From Camelus dromedarius (Eukaryota): a stretch of 64,000 nt of DNA. Below, piece after piece: positions 26,901-40,635 of the stretch. How positions within the stretch are numbered: position 1 is the first letter of the stretch; each line of letters starts with the position of its first letter. Location of the stretch: the NCBI RefSeq assembly GCF_036321535.1, contig NC_087436.1, positions 25,360,001 through 25,424,000 on the forward strand, in the 5' to 3' direction. The notes beneath the pieces are model-generated. The model was not told the origin of the DNA, made no database searches, and saw only the letters and a program-made list of their open reading frames with translations. The position numbers and the translations under genes are program-made.

Positions 26901-28899
26901 AACATTACACATAATAAACTCTCAAAATTTTCCTGAACTCTGTTCTTGTGTCTATGGGTCTGAGGTTCACCACCAAATGGAGTGACATGTCTACTGAGGG
27001 AAATAATAATGGTTCCAATCAATTTGAAATAAAACCTTGGAAACGTGGGCTCCTTATTACATACGAGAACACAATTTTGTGTTTGTTTTATATAAAGGTA
27101 GACAAATTTACATTGTTGGATGAATAAATGACTAATTTTCAATAGTAAATAATATTTCTGCTGCCTAGTGGAGGCCAAATACACTAAGGGTAAAATGCAG
27201 ATGATTTCCAAGTGTATATTTATCTTACCATTTGTAAGAATAACTGAACATTACAGGGCAACTACAACATGGACTTAGATTCATCTGTAATAAAGATAAT
27301 CTGGCAAGGAGTCTTCTCGGAAGTACTGGCTCAATGCCTGTAGAACATAGAAATGGGTAAAGGAAAGACCTGTTAACTAGCTGCAGAGGTTCATACCCAC
27401 TAATGAGATTCATAGTAATTTCTCTTTTCTTAAAATTAAATAGGAATTACAATTATTGAATGTTATGTTTGCTTTCCCCAATCATTCTGTACAGGATATA
27501 TTGGTAATGACTAAAAATGTCAAAGGTCACAGAATGGCGTTAACATCAGGATTGGCTTTTGATACTAAAAAGAGCATAGGCCATGAAACTGTATCATTAA
27601 TATGGGATGAGTTGTCTGAAGGTCTGAGGAGAGCAGGTGTCTTTAATCAAACATGGGATAATATTATGTGTATGAGTAATATTAAAAAATATTGGTAATC
27701 ATGGTACTGAATCATTATTTCTCATTCCTGCTGGCTCGCCATCCATCCTGTCTGTTCAGCCATGTGGGTGAGCAATAATTTACACCATGTAATGACCCCT
27801 CCCTCTCACTCTTATAGCCGACCAGAGTTGATTGAATTTGATCTAAGAAAATCAACCAATCAACAGATTAGATACATATAATTTATGTACTGATTAAACA
27901 AAAGCTTTCAGGAAATATTTCTCTTTTGGTTGAATAGAGATTTGGGGAAATAGTCAATAGTAGAAATAGAGTCTAAATATAGACTAAAGATGGGTCTAGG
28001 GAAGCAATTATGGTCAAGCTGCTGGTCTCATGAGTTATTATTGCATGTTTATTTATATCCTTAAGTTTTCCTACAGTAATTATTCATGCTAAGGTGTGGA
28101 AAATTTAGAGGAGCCAGTCTCTATTTCTCCAGAGGAAAAATCTGAAGACAATGATGGTACATTTCTATATCCTTCCAGGATCAATATTCACAGAATTGGA
28201 TATAGGTCAGTAATACTGGGAATTCCTAACTTTGAATAGAGGCAATAGTGAAAATACAAACCAAGTTTTCCCTATTGAGATTGGATTCATGCTTCTCTTT
28301 CAAGTTAGAATTAGTTCATTACAACTTAGAACTTTGAGATGAGGATAAACTAAGAGGTAAAAAGCAAAGCAAATCCATTTTTTCTCTCTCAAATCAAATC
28401 AAACCTTAGCAAGATTTTTCTGGATTTAAATACTATATAAGTATCTTCTGCAAAGTGCAGAAAGACTGAAAAGAAATCGGGATGGGAATTCAGGAAATGC
28501 AGAATAAAGCCAGTAGAAGAGAGAGAATAAAAGACGGCAGGATTTGGTTTTGGTTTTCATTGCTGTTTGGTGTTTTATTTTGACCTTGAAGGAGTCAACT
28601 GAAAATGGAAAGTTCACAGCTGAACACAAAAGCCAGTTTTTAATCACATTTTTGACAAAGTTAATTCCTTCCCCCCTTCCCCAACAATTACACAAGTACA
28701 TACACATGCCACAAAGCCCTTCATCAATGTACTGTCTAGTCTTCCTAGGTTTCAAGTAACTTTATGTAAAAGGGTCTGTGTTAAGTGTATTTGTGGACTG
28801 TGTTAGAACTGAAATTTCCCACGAAATGAAGAAACATTGGGTACTTTCTTTCCTCAAGAGTCCCATAATTTCTCTTTATCTCTCTTTTGCAAAATCCTA

Positions 28900-29280
28900 G
28901 GACAACCACCATGGTGCTCACCCCCCACCACATATAGATATATGAACGCTGTTCTTACCAAGCCTTCTGGGAATCTGATCCTGTCAAGAATCTCCTCTTT
29001 CTTAAAAACTACTTTTTCCTTGGTTTCTGATTTACCTCTTATCATTTCAAGTAGTTCTCTGCATCCTGGAATATGAACTCTATTTCATCTTATGTAAAGA
29101 ACTCTCAAAGCTGGAGCTTCAAAATCAGTTTCTGTAATTCTTTCCTACAACTTTAACTTTCACCTCTATGTGACTGTTTCATGAATTCTTGTTTTCGTTT
29201 CAAACAAATCAACTGTTTATTTTAAATTTCTAAACACTAGTGTATTGTATATCAGTCTTAATGAATGTTTGGTGCTTGAA
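28900..29280 (+). mobile_element. L2 fragment, very decayed
   Basis: ctctttcttaaaaactactttttccttggtttctga resembles L2. Confidence 0.35.
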
Positions 29281-31105
29281 GAAGTCAAAAAATACCACTC
29301 ATTTTCCTATTCTGAGTTCTGAACTAATTGACAAAACACAATAGGCAAACTGAGAAGCCAAATAGAAACCTTATGAATGGTAAAGCTGTTTTGGAAGATG
29401 TGGCTTATGCCTAATCCTAATATTAAGACCCAGAATCAGACAGATCTAGCCACCTCATCACTGACAGCTTTGGCCTGGGGCAGGGCCCGCACTGAGAGGT
29501 TCAAGTTTGATTCTCTAGAACTGGTGGCTTGGCGGTGGGGCAGAGCAGAATACTCTCTAGAGCTCATCCCAAAGGAAACAGGGAGGAAAGGATGGGGATA
29601 CTCTGCCAAGATCCTCTTTAAATCATTCCTCCATCCTTTGGGAGGAGTGAGTGAGTAGGAGAAGCCAGGAAGGCTATATGAATGACCTGCCCTCCACAGG
29701 GGAGAGAAACTCAAGGAGGAGAAAGAATGGATATTTACACCGCAGGGATATGTAACTGAATTCATTCATGACCACTTCTTCCTTTCAGTCTTTTTCTTTT
29801 ATGATTTAAGGTGTTTTGTCTTCTGCCAAAGAAACTGGATATTTCCACTTCACATTTTTCGGGGTATTTATTTATTTTTACATTTCACTCCATGTTCTCT
29901 CGTTTTGGCCATCTACCATTTTCTTTTCTTTTGTTTCCCATCAACAGTAATACATTCTGTACTCTTCATCTTGTGCCTTGGTTGTTGTAATAACTTTTCT
30001 CATTTATTTTTTTCTCCCTTCATTACACCTGCCTTCAATCTACATTTCAGGCTAACAAGTCTTCTTCTATATACACAATTTTCACTATGTTTGTCTATTT
30101 GATTCTCCTTTCATACTCCATATTTAGGGAGGATATTGTCTAAACGAGATAGGGCTGAATGATAGTTATTACAGTGGTTAAGAGCATGAGCAATGGAATC
30201 AATGAAACCTTAGCTAAATTTTTGTCTCTGTCAGTAAATGGCAACAGAAAATTGGGTAAATTACTTTTCTCTCTGAGAATGAGAAAAAAGAATTTGAACA
30301 GATCAATAAGCAATAAAGAAACTGAAATGGTCATTGAAGTTTTCCTCTCTCGCAAGGCTACAGCATGAGGAGGTTTTATGTGTGAGTTCTACCAAACTTT
30401 CAAAAAAGAGCTATTTCCTATTTTATATTAGTGGAAAGAAATGTAAAATTTATAAATAAATCATTGGCTAAATGAATGTAATAATCCATTTAAAAATAAC
30501 AGATGAAGAAAATGTAGATTTTATCACAAAAATGTAAGTTTTTTGATATCATAAATTTGATTACTGTATTTAAGGATGTGAATAGGCTAAATAAGAAAAG
30601 TCATAAACAACTTCAATCAGTGTAGAAAAAGCATTTAATCAAGTTAAACATTTATTTTTTGTTAAAAATAAAACTCTTAGCATATTAGGATAAGGGAAAA
30701 AACTTCATTAATTTGAAAAGGTTTTATATCCCAATCCCTAATGAAATATTATTCATTCCCTTTAAGATAGGAAACACGACAAAGATGCCCACTATCTTTA
30801 CTAGTATTTAAAAGAATACTGACAATTATGTCTAATTGCATAAGGAAAGAAACATAAAAGAGCAGCATTGAAGGAGAAGAGAAACAGCTCACTCTTTACA
30901 GACTGTGTGACCATCTACCTAGAAATGGCAACAACAAAACCAACAAACAATTAGAACTTAGCAGTGTGATCTATTAGTTCTGGAAAGAAAAACAATTTAC
31001 AAAAGCAATCACCAAGAGGAAAAAAATTGTAAACTGAACTGTTCTTTATAATGACACACTGTAAAATACCAAGAATTTAACCTAATTGAAATTACAAATG
31101 TACTG

Positions 31106-31327
31106 TCTGGGGACCTGGAAAGACAGTAGATGATCTGGCATTACCAGGAGACATTCCATGCGCCTCTGTGGTGAGTTAGTAGTATGTTAATGCCAATTCA
31201 CAACCATTGCCAAGTTGTGCTCAGTGTTGCTGGGCATCCTTCTAGATGATGTCCACACAAGTCACTTCAGTGTAGACCTGAGCCGGACACTGAAACACAC
31301 ACTCGAGGAGTGCAGGAAGGACAAGGG
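31106..31327 (-). mobile_element. Putative RTE-clade LINE 3' fragment
   Basis: Minus strand reads TCVDII*KDAQQH*AQLGNGCELALT, resembling an RTE ORF C-terminus; flanks aatgtactg/aacctactg. Confidence 0.4.
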
Positions 31328-31381
31328 AACCTACTGGAGAAAAGCTATACATTGTTGTAGAAAAAAGAATCTATGAACCAA

Positions 31382-31456
31382 GAAGGAGGAGGAGGAGGAA
31401 AAAGGAGGAAGGAGGAGGAGAAGGAGAAGAAATGATGATGATGATGTTGTTGTTGT
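31382..31456. repeat. Compound (GGA/GAA)n-(GAT)n-(GTT)n simple repeat
   Basis: Seen directly. Confidence 0.9.
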
Positions 31457-31659
31457 GGACCTTGGTGAGAGAAAAACTGGATTTTCTTCTGTGTAGTGCT
31501 TTTAGAAAGCACATCCCTTAAGTACTATTAAGGGGTGAAATGGAATATGTGATTGGGGGTGATAACAGGGATGCAAAGGGATTAGCAGTGTGCCATTTCT
31601 TAAGCTGATGCTTATGCACAGTTGTTTATTTTATTATTGTTTAAAAAATACATACAAGT

Positions 31660-31765
31660 GGCAGGGAAGGGTGTAGCTCAATGGTAGAGTGCGTGCATAC
31701 AGGAGGTCCTGGGTTCAATCCCAGAACCTCTGTTAAAAATAAACGATCTAATTACCCCCCCAAAC
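31660..31765 (+). mobile_element. tRNA-derived SINE (camelid Vic-1-like)
   Basis: A box tagctcaatgg, B box gggttcaatccc, tail ctaattacccccc; TSD aatacatacaagt/aattcatataagt. Confidence 0.88.
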
Positions 31766-34024
31766 AATTCATATAAGTTACATAAATTTCTATGTACTCT
31801 TCCATTTATTTAAAACACTCCATTTATATAAAAAGGAAAAAAATATATGCATGTTTTCATATATAAGCATGAAATGTTACTATATTTAAAATTTTATAAC
31901 ATTAGACACTTGTTTAAGGGAAAATGTTTTGAAGAAGAGAAATTAGAGAAAGACTTGACTTTTGAACTGCATAATTATATTAAATGTTAAATAGTAAGTT
32001 AATAAAATAATTTAAAATAAAGGTTGAAAAAGTCTACTGAAATAGCAGCAAATTTAGACAAATTAGAAATAAAGGATTGAAAAAATCATGAAACAATAGT
32101 AAGAAACTAAAAATAATGTCAAGATGTAAAAGGAGTAAAATATCTAATTGTATGGGAAGAATAAGTTAATCAGTATCTCAAAGATGTCAATTCACTGAAT
32201 TACTCTATATATTCAGTCAAAAACCCAAAGAATTTTTAATGGAACTCAGTAAGTCTATTTTTCAAGTATCATGGAAGGGTATATTATAGCCAGAATAATT
32301 TTGACAAAAGAAAGAACAGATGGTAGACCTGTTCTACCAAATACCAAGAAAAACTGAAGACATAATTATTAGGACAGCGTGGCTGGTTTACAGATACAGA
32401 AGGGGACTCATGGAATGAAACAGAAAACAAAAAAATAGGCCCATATAGTTATAGATTGGTAATAAATGACAGGGCTGCCACTGATGATCTGGATAAGAGA
32501 AAAGACAGTTTAATAAATGATACTGGGACAACTGATAAACTCATAGCAAAAATCTATTCTAAACATTTAAAGATACAAATTTGAAGGTAAGAATTATAAA
32601 AATTAGAAGGAAGTTTAGGACAGTATCTTCCTGATTTTGGGGTAGGGAAACTTTTCTTAAAAAAGAAAGCTTCAAAAAGAGATTGATAAATTCAGTTAAA
32701 CTAAATTTTAAAACTGTATTCATCAGCAAATAACAGTACAAGATGAAAAGACAGCCTGCAGACTGGAGAAAATTTTCACAAATACTAGTATTGAGAATTT
32801 ATAAAGATTTCCCACAAATCAATAAGAAAAGGACAATTCTACAGAATACTCAAATATATATACAGACATTTCCTAAAAGAGGAAACCTGAATTATTATAA
32901 AGAAATGAAACAATGCTCTACCTGATGAGTAATCAGATAAATGAAGCTTGAAGCCTCAGTGATACTGCCATACACTCGAGAAATCAGGAAATATTAAAAT
33001 ATTAGAATACCAGTATTGGTAAGAATGTAGACTATTGTGAACGCATTAACTCCCCTTGTGATACTGTGAATTGCTTCAACTACATTACTTTAAAAAAAAA
33101 AATTGGCAGTTAGGTTAAAAATGCATATACACTTTTCCCAGGCAATTTCTCTCCTGGGAAGAGGCAAATTTAGATAAATATTTTCAGGCACAAGAATGCT
33201 GAGAGCTGCATTTTTTATAGTTAAGAAATTTTAAAAATCCTTGAAATACCATAGTTAAGGAATGCTGTGGAATGATTAAATTAAGACTAATAAATATCTG
33301 TATCTAGCATCTATTTATAAATGTTATAATTCTCAGAAACTCTGAAAAAAACAAATTTCTGAAAGGTACAAATAAGTTAATACAGTTTCTATAAATTGAA
33401 TAAATATTCAAACAATATTGTATATTATTTAGACATACATGCATATATAGTAAACACAGATGAACATATAACTAATACCTTTCTAAGATTATTTATCTCT
33501 GGTAGATGTAGGAAAGGAATATGATCAGGGAGAGTGTCTTGGGTTGGGTTTCCTAGAAACAGAGGTTGAGATGGGAATTTTTATGAAAATGACTTATTAA
33601 GAAAATGCTCTCAGTGTGGGGAAGGTGAGGTAAGCAGGACAGGGCGGGAAGAAGAAAGCAGAGACTCTGGTCTCTGCTGGAAAGTAGGTTAAGCCTGGTG
33701 CCATAGGAGTGCTGGAGCACAAATTGTATGTCATAGGACAGCACCCCACTGGTCCCACCTGGAGGCCTCATATCCATGTCAGTCATTGGCCAAGGATTGC
33801 TGGTGGGGAATTAGCTGCTTTTTTGCAGGAACAGTTCTCCAGAGAATGGGTAGCTATGACTCTGATGGTGATACTCATAGCAGGTAATTGAGGGATGAAG
33901 TCCTGGTCTGGAAAAGGGGATCTGGATGGGGTACCAAGAGCATCTCTTATTGTCTACCACTTGCACCACTCAGGTCCTCTTGCTTCTTACATTTAGTTTA
34001 CTACATTCAGGCACAGCTTATTTA

Positions 34025-34376
34025 GTGACAGTGGCAATGAGTATAAAATGGTCACAGTGATCATTACTTTTGTTGGGAGATGTTGGAAAGATTTAATGAG
34101 ATCCTTTATTTGCAGTTAGCAGTCTTGTGATGATTGGGACACAGTAGATATTGAATGAATGGTTATTCCACTCCTTCTAAACTCTAATGTCGGGGGATTT
34201 ATTCTAAGTTCTAAAATCCTCTGTGTTTTTACCTACATTTTATAATGGAAGCTCAACTTTAAAAGTCATTCAATTAAAAGAATTCCAATATCTTTTTTAA
34301 AAAAGTTCTGCTTATCTGTGTGAACTATGTACACCTAAGTAAATATCAGCCACCTTGAGTCTCAAAAAAAAAAAAA
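34025..34376 (+). pseudogene. Possible retroposed mRNA 3'UTR fragment inside the provirus
   Basis: AT-rich non-ERV block with a MIR-like piece, AGTAAA at 34338 and A13 at 34364-34376; TSD not resolved. Confidence 0.35.
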
Positions 34377-35952
34377 GTTTCTGGTTGGCCACAATTTCTA
34401 GGAAACATATATAAGAGGATGGTTTGTGGGATGGACCACAACCCTAGTTGTTTGTTCCTGAGGAGGTAACTACTCTTCTCTCCTCCACCACCCACTCTAT
34501 ATTCCCTCCCTCCTTTGGCTAGCATTTCTGTTTATCTAGATGGCTTGCCTGGTGGAGTAACTTTCTGATAGGTCATTGGTTATGAGGCTCTTCTTATTGG
34601 TCTGTGGCTGCTATACTTGTGCATTTACAATTAAAATTGGATATAGGAGTACCATGCTTCCACAGACTATCCGAGTACCAAACATACTTGTTCCTGTCAT
34701 CCAGTTTGTAGCAGCAGTCTTAACATCATCACGAAGATGAGGGTCAGTTGGCCCTGCCAGTATGGCAATTCCTTTCTGTTTCTGCTGATCCACTTACACG
34801 AGGAACTCAAAATGGCCAGGCAATAGCTCTTTCTTTAAGTTTAGTGGGACTCATACTGTGTCCCCTGGAAGAAACCTCCCTCCTCTGGGAGATAGTTCCT
34901 CCAGGATGTCAGAACCTAAAGCTTCAGGGACTAAAGGCATAAATTTCTCAAGTTGGATACTGTGAGGTTACCACAACTATTTCCACCCCTTGTTTCCCAG
35001 ACCTTTCCTTTCTGACATCAATCTATTGATAACATTGAATCATATAATGTTTCTTGGTTTAGGGTTTATGCCTCATCCTGAAGTAGGACTCCCATCCTTC
35101 CAGGGTGTCCTCTCTAAACTAGTGCCCCAGCTGTGCTCCCAAGAGACTAATACTCTGTCAAGTCATCAGCTTCTGGATAGTGTGGTGTATGGTAGAACAT
35201 TGGGCAGCATGGTCACGACACACCTCCTTTGCTGTAAAGTAGGTCCCTTGCTTTGAGGCAATGTTAGAAGGACTCCTGTTAAGATAAGCCAGTCTCTCCA
35301 CAAGTCCTCTGATAGTGATAGTGATATTGCCTAAGGTTTTGTGAGCAGGAAAGATAAACCCATCAGTTCCATCAGAATGAAAGCTTGTCCCTGTCAATGT
35401 GGAAAGAGTCCAGTATTGTCATTTTGCACCAAGTAGCTGGCTAATCTTCTCAAGGGACCATCCTCCTTTAGGGTTCAGGTTTTGCCTCTGTTGTTGGATT
35501 GTCAAACACTCCTCAGTGACAGTACCTAGATCTCTCTTGTTGAGAGTCCATGCAATTGGCCTCATGTAGAGCCTCCACCTCTGTAACATTCTTACTTTGT
35601 CTATGAGTCTATTACACAAGTACTGAGGACAAATGCCATCTGACACCATTTTGAATAACAGCTTTGGTTATTTTGTATAATGACTACACGTTGTACCAGG
35701 AGCTGCTCTAGTGAAATGATCACAGCTGAAACAGCAGTGATAACTGGGATTAATCTTGGTTAGGTTTACAGTAGTCTACTTTCATTGACCACATTTTACC
35801 TAGTTTTCCCAGGGGCCAAACTGATGACTTAAAAAGGAATATGATCCCTCTGCATCCTTGTGCCATTGGAGGTGGCACTTGTTTCTGCCATTCCTCACCA
35901 ATTGCAATTGTTTTTTAATTTATTATCTAGGCTAGTGGGTGCTGTTTCAGGG

Positions 35953-36928
35953 TGTGGTAGGCAGAATTTTGTGATGGCCTCTGTGGTAGATGGAGTAATG
36001 GGCCCCTAAAAATGTCAATGCCCTGATCCCCAGAACCTGTAAATGTGTTAGGTTACATGGCAAAGGGTAATTGATGTTGCAGATGGAATTATGAATGCTA
36101 ATGCTTACCTTAAAATAGGATAACATGGATTGTCTGGCTGGGCCTGATGTAATCAAAAAGTTCTTAAAAGGAAAAGAGGGCAGCAGAAGGAACCAGAGAG
36201 ATGGCAATGTAAGAAAGACTGAGTTTGATATTGCTGATTTTGAAGGGACAGTGAGCTAAGGAATTAGGACTGACTCTAGAAGCTAGAAAAGGCAATAAAA
36301 ACAGATTCCCCCCTAGGGTCTCCAGAAGTAATGCAGCCCTGCCAACACTTTGATTTAAACCCAGTGAGACCCATTTGAGATTTTGACCTCCAGAACCATA
36401 AGACAATAAATTTGTATCATTTAAGCCATTTTGTGTTTGTTGGCAGAGCAGTAGGAAACTGATCCAGTCTGCAAGATCTTTGGCCCCATACATTACTTCC
36501 ATGATGGGGCTACATGACACGGTAAAAGAGAGATTATCTGGGTGGTCCTAATCAAATTATATGAGCCCTTTAAAGCAGTGTTTTTCCCAACTTGTGGCAA
36601 AAGAAGTCAGAGAAATTCCCGTAAGAGCGACTGAACTGAGGGAGGCTCTCCATGGCTGAGATAGAAGGGGCACAGGGCAAGGACAAGATGGTAGCCTCTA
36701 GGAGCTGACGTCCATCAAGAAAACAAGACCATCAGTGCTACAGCTGAAGGAAGATGAACTGTCTCCCAAACTCTAATGAGCCTGGAAGGGGATCCTTCAG
36801 AGCCTTCTGATAAGAGAACAGTTCAGCCTTGTGAGACTCTCAGCAAAGATTACAGTTGAGCCCACCTGGACCTTTGACATTAAGTCTCTGTGGTAATCTC
36901 ATTTAATGCAGCATGGATAACTAATGCA
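35953..36928 (+). mobile_element. MLT1E-like LTR, split by MLT1D, nested in the provirus
   Basis: Starts tgtggtaggcagaatt, ends gcagcatggataactaatgca. Confidence 0.8.
35982..36466 (+). mobile_element. MLT1D-like LTR
   Basis: ccccagaacctgtaaatgtgttaggttacatggcaaaggg...aataaatttg...gcagtaggaaactgatcca. Confidence 0.85.
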
Positions 36929-39611
36929 TAGAGCTTCCATTTCACCTCTCTACTACAATAGCTCTTACTTTATAGGTCAAGGAACCTATAGGAGGGTTTT
37001 ACCAACTGTAAGTCTGTTCATTTCAATCATACATTTGAGAACCTTGGAAATTACTACTGCTTGGGTCTGTATACCCAGTGGACCTACCATGAGATGGATC
37101 CAAGCCTAAGCTGGGACTCCACTTATTGCCTGACTCCATATACTCTCACTTTAACAGAGGAGCCAGGAGGGCACTTCGGCGTTCCAGATACTGGGGTCAG
37201 ATCCAACTCTATTCAACAGCCCTAGAAAGATCTGAACAGTCCTCTTCTCAAGGTATAGTTACCTAAGTATGTGACTATAGGTCCCTCAAGGGAAAAGGAC
37301 TGGGAAAATTACCACTGTATGTAATTAGCGTGGTGTTTCATAGTCCTTCTGAATGGGGACTTGGTCACTCTTTCAGTTAGTGGGCTCTGAGTTTGAGGAC
37401 TGGCTTAGGTTTGGAAACTAGGGGAAAGGATCATGATTTTCCATTTGTATAGCTGACCTCAGCCTTTTCGTCTATACCTGCTTTTTTTGATTATGTATGT
37501 TAAGAAATATCCTTATGGCCACCCATCTAACATGCCCATAGGAAATTTGTTCTACTCTCCATGACAATAGATCCCTACAGATTGATCTTTTTAAAACTGT
37601 GTTCTGACCTTGCTGCTCATTCCAATAATGATATCCACTGTTGTTTGGGGTACTGTGGTCTCACTGCTACTAGGAAGCCTTATTCTTTGTTAGCGTCTCT
37701 TCCCATCAGTCCCAGCCTTCAGAGAGCAACTGTTGGTGAGCTTCTCAGCGATGCGAGTGCCCCTTTGCAATCTGCTTTTCTCACTGCTGTGGTAAATGGA
37801 GTGTGTTCCAGGCTCTTCCAAAAAGTGCAGTCAATTATTGTTTTCTTAATACTTAAATAGTAGAACCATTCTAGAATGCCCACCACTCTAAGTTTTTTAT
37901 TTCTTCCTCCATGGTCTCAATTGGCAGCGCTGGCATCTCTACTTTATTTAATTTGAGCCCATCACCTTTTGTAAGCTTCTAAAAGCTGTACCAAGCCATG
38001 TATTTGGCTCATCTTCTCAGGGATGTTCAATCTTGTGTCATGGGAGTGTGTCTCCTATACTGACAAACTCTCTCCTATCTAGTTTGATATTCTACCTCTA
38101 TTGATCCAGCACTCTCAGAATTCACTCCCAGGAGTATTCTTGTTTCCTGCTATTACATGTTAGCTAGATTCTGCAGTGCCTTTGATATGTAACCTCTGTC
38201 CTCTCTTGGTAGACTTAGAACACTGTTGGTCAGATTTTGCTGAAATTTGACCCTAATTGTGGATGCAGGGGGCCAAGAATGGAGGTGGAGGTAGATCCTA
38301 AGGGGAACAAGCATTGTCTTACAGGGTTATGTATGGGAACTCTGCATGGGCTTTAAGTAAAGGGTTTACCCTATCTTCAAAGGAACGTGGGCTCCATCTG
38401 TCATCACACAGGGTTCAGGGGAATCTGGAAGTTCAAGAACTCAAGGGGATCTATCCCAGGTGAGTCCATCCAAAGTCTTAGGATTCCCACTTCTTGTCTA
38501 GTAGGGCTGTGACTTTGTTATGGAATACTTGGCTAAGCCACGAATGCATTTTTCTTTCAACTTCTGCCTCTCTTACAATTAAGACTCATGCCAGAATTTC
38601 AGCTCTACTGCCCTTCAGCTACAGTGAATTGTTGGCATTTTAAATGCTGCCAAGAAAGCTCTGACTCATACTTTGATTGAAACGTTTTTATTATTAAATG
38701 TGAGCCTCTCATTTTCTCTTCCCAATATGACAGAACACTTTGCCATAGCACCTAACTCCCCAGTACTGACAGTTCCTGTATCCCTCTTATTGCACCAGCT
38801 AGTCCATGCCCTTCCACTTAGATGCTGTCTCAGTTCACCCAATGCAAAGGAATAAAGATGGTGAAGGGGGCACCAGCACAAGGTTTCTGCTGGAGGCATG
38901 CTTCAAACTGGTCCCCTGGAAGATCTGAAGTATGAACTGCACCATGGAGTTGGTCCCATGTTGAGGTACCCTAGGTAGATCCGTTATTGGCTACTGGTTG
39001 CCTCCATCCTCCATGGAGTCTTAACCTTCTGGGAAAGGTAGCTCCCAGTTGGCCATGGGCAATTCTCTATAGGAGGAGAGATCCATGAACTGTCAACAGT
39101 CATCATTCATAGCAACTGAGGGATGATCTTGCACCTGTTCTGTGAGTGGGATCTGGATAGGGCATTGCTAGCACCTACTGCAGCAGACACTAGCAGCACT
39201 TCGACTATTTTATTAGTTGACGTGGATTATGGGTTACCTGATTTCTTAATCAATTTTTATGTTATACTTAATGTTGTAATATTTTAGAATAGTGATAAGA
39301 TATGGTTTTTGGTTTATTCAGACTTGAAGCAATGATGAAGAAGATGGATAATATAATTTTATCCCCTCTCACTAACATATTAAATGGTATATCTCCATTT
39401 ATTATGAACAGGTAGCTGAATTGTGTAATTAAAAAGAAAACATCATTTATTCTTCCAGACAATGTTACTGAATTTTAAAAAGGCATTTATTTTTAAAGAT
39501 TCTAGGGTATGAAGCATATAAAAAGAGTTTAGTGATTAGTTTATGCTGTAGCGAAAGCAGACCTGTTCTTAGGGCTAGGAGGTAATTTCCCCCTATTTTC
39601 TGCATAGCCTC

Positions 39612-40084
39612 TGTATTAGCCTGCCCGGGCTGCCGTAACAAATCCACAGACAGGCGGCCGGATAGAGAATTACTAGCACCTGCTACAGCAGGATGCTAAG
39701 AGGACTTTGACAGATCATTTTAACAACAATGATTAAAACAAAGGAACTTTATTTTCTGCCAGCTCTGGAGGCTAGACATCTGAGATCGAGGTTGGTTTCT
39801 TCTGAGGGGTGTGAGGGAAAGGTCTGTTCCAGGCCTCTCTTCTTGGCTTGTAGATGGACAATTTCTCCCTGTGTCTTTACATACTCTTCTCTCTGTATCT
39901 GTGTCCACCTTTCCTCTGCTTATAAGGACACGGGTCATGTTGGATTAGAGCCCACCATAACAATTTCACTTTCATTTAATTATCTCTTTAAAAGCTCTGT
40001 CTCTAAATATGGTCGAATTCTGAAGTATGGGGGTTAGGACATCAAAATATGAATTTTAAGGAGGACACAATTTAACTCATAACA
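39612..40084 (-). mobile_element. MLT1A-C-like LTR with an internal insertion of about 75 bp
   Basis: tgtattag..gggctgccgtaacaaa...cttataaggacac...cacaatttaactcataaca. Confidence 0.85.
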
Positions 40085-40635
40085 GCACCCTAGCTTAATT
40101 TACTCTTTAAAGGTTTTCTGGTATTCAAAATTGGTGCTCTTTTAGAACATAAATGATTACAGGGACGTTTTTCATTTTGGGACTGGAAAAGGATGAGAGT
40201 GATTCCAATTTAGTTCTCATTTTCCCTTTTATACTATAAAGGAATCATCTTTGAATAGAAAAATTAAATTAATATTAAAATGAATAAATGGTACAATCCT
40301 GTCTTTTCTTGACATGATTAAGTAAAAGAATAACATCAGGTACAGACTTGTATTTCTGAAAAGCTGGCAGAGGAATTATTTTTGCAGGAATTTAAGTACC
40401 AAGAACCAAACATGGTTTATCTTTATTTAAATGAAAGGTTCTAGTTAATTAGAAATGGAAGGAGAAGGAAATACATTTCCAACATATTAATAAAATATTA
40501 CTTAGTTCAAATTTGAATACAGTTTTCCTACATTGCATGTTTTCAAAGCTTAAATTAACTGAGATCAAAACTATATAAAACCTCAGTGGCCTATCCTTGA
40601 AGACCGTCCTTGGTATAGCAATGACAGGAGTCGTG

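Larger units (their letters stand above)
30200..33534 (+). mobile_element. Ancient L1 (L1ME-like) ORF2 to 3' region, fragmented, with nested inserts; resumes after about 39185
   Basis: gagttctaccaaactttcaaa; gtagaaaaagcatttaat; caaagatgcccactatc; MKRQPADWRKF. Confidence 0.75.
33535..39182 (-). mobile_element. Decayed two-LTR ERV-L-class provirus (LTR16/ERV3-16A3/HERV16-like)
   Basis: Related LTRs at about 33535-33950 and 38885-39182 (shared catagca..tgagggatga..gggatctggat.ggg); integrase remnant PSNIASKQGTYFTAKEV on the minus strand. Confidence 0.8.

Noticed and set aside
31660..31765. tRNA gene (also 47468-47600)
   Set aside because: A/B boxes are present, but the SINE tail, a TSD at 31660 and lack of a clean cloverleaf indicate SINEs
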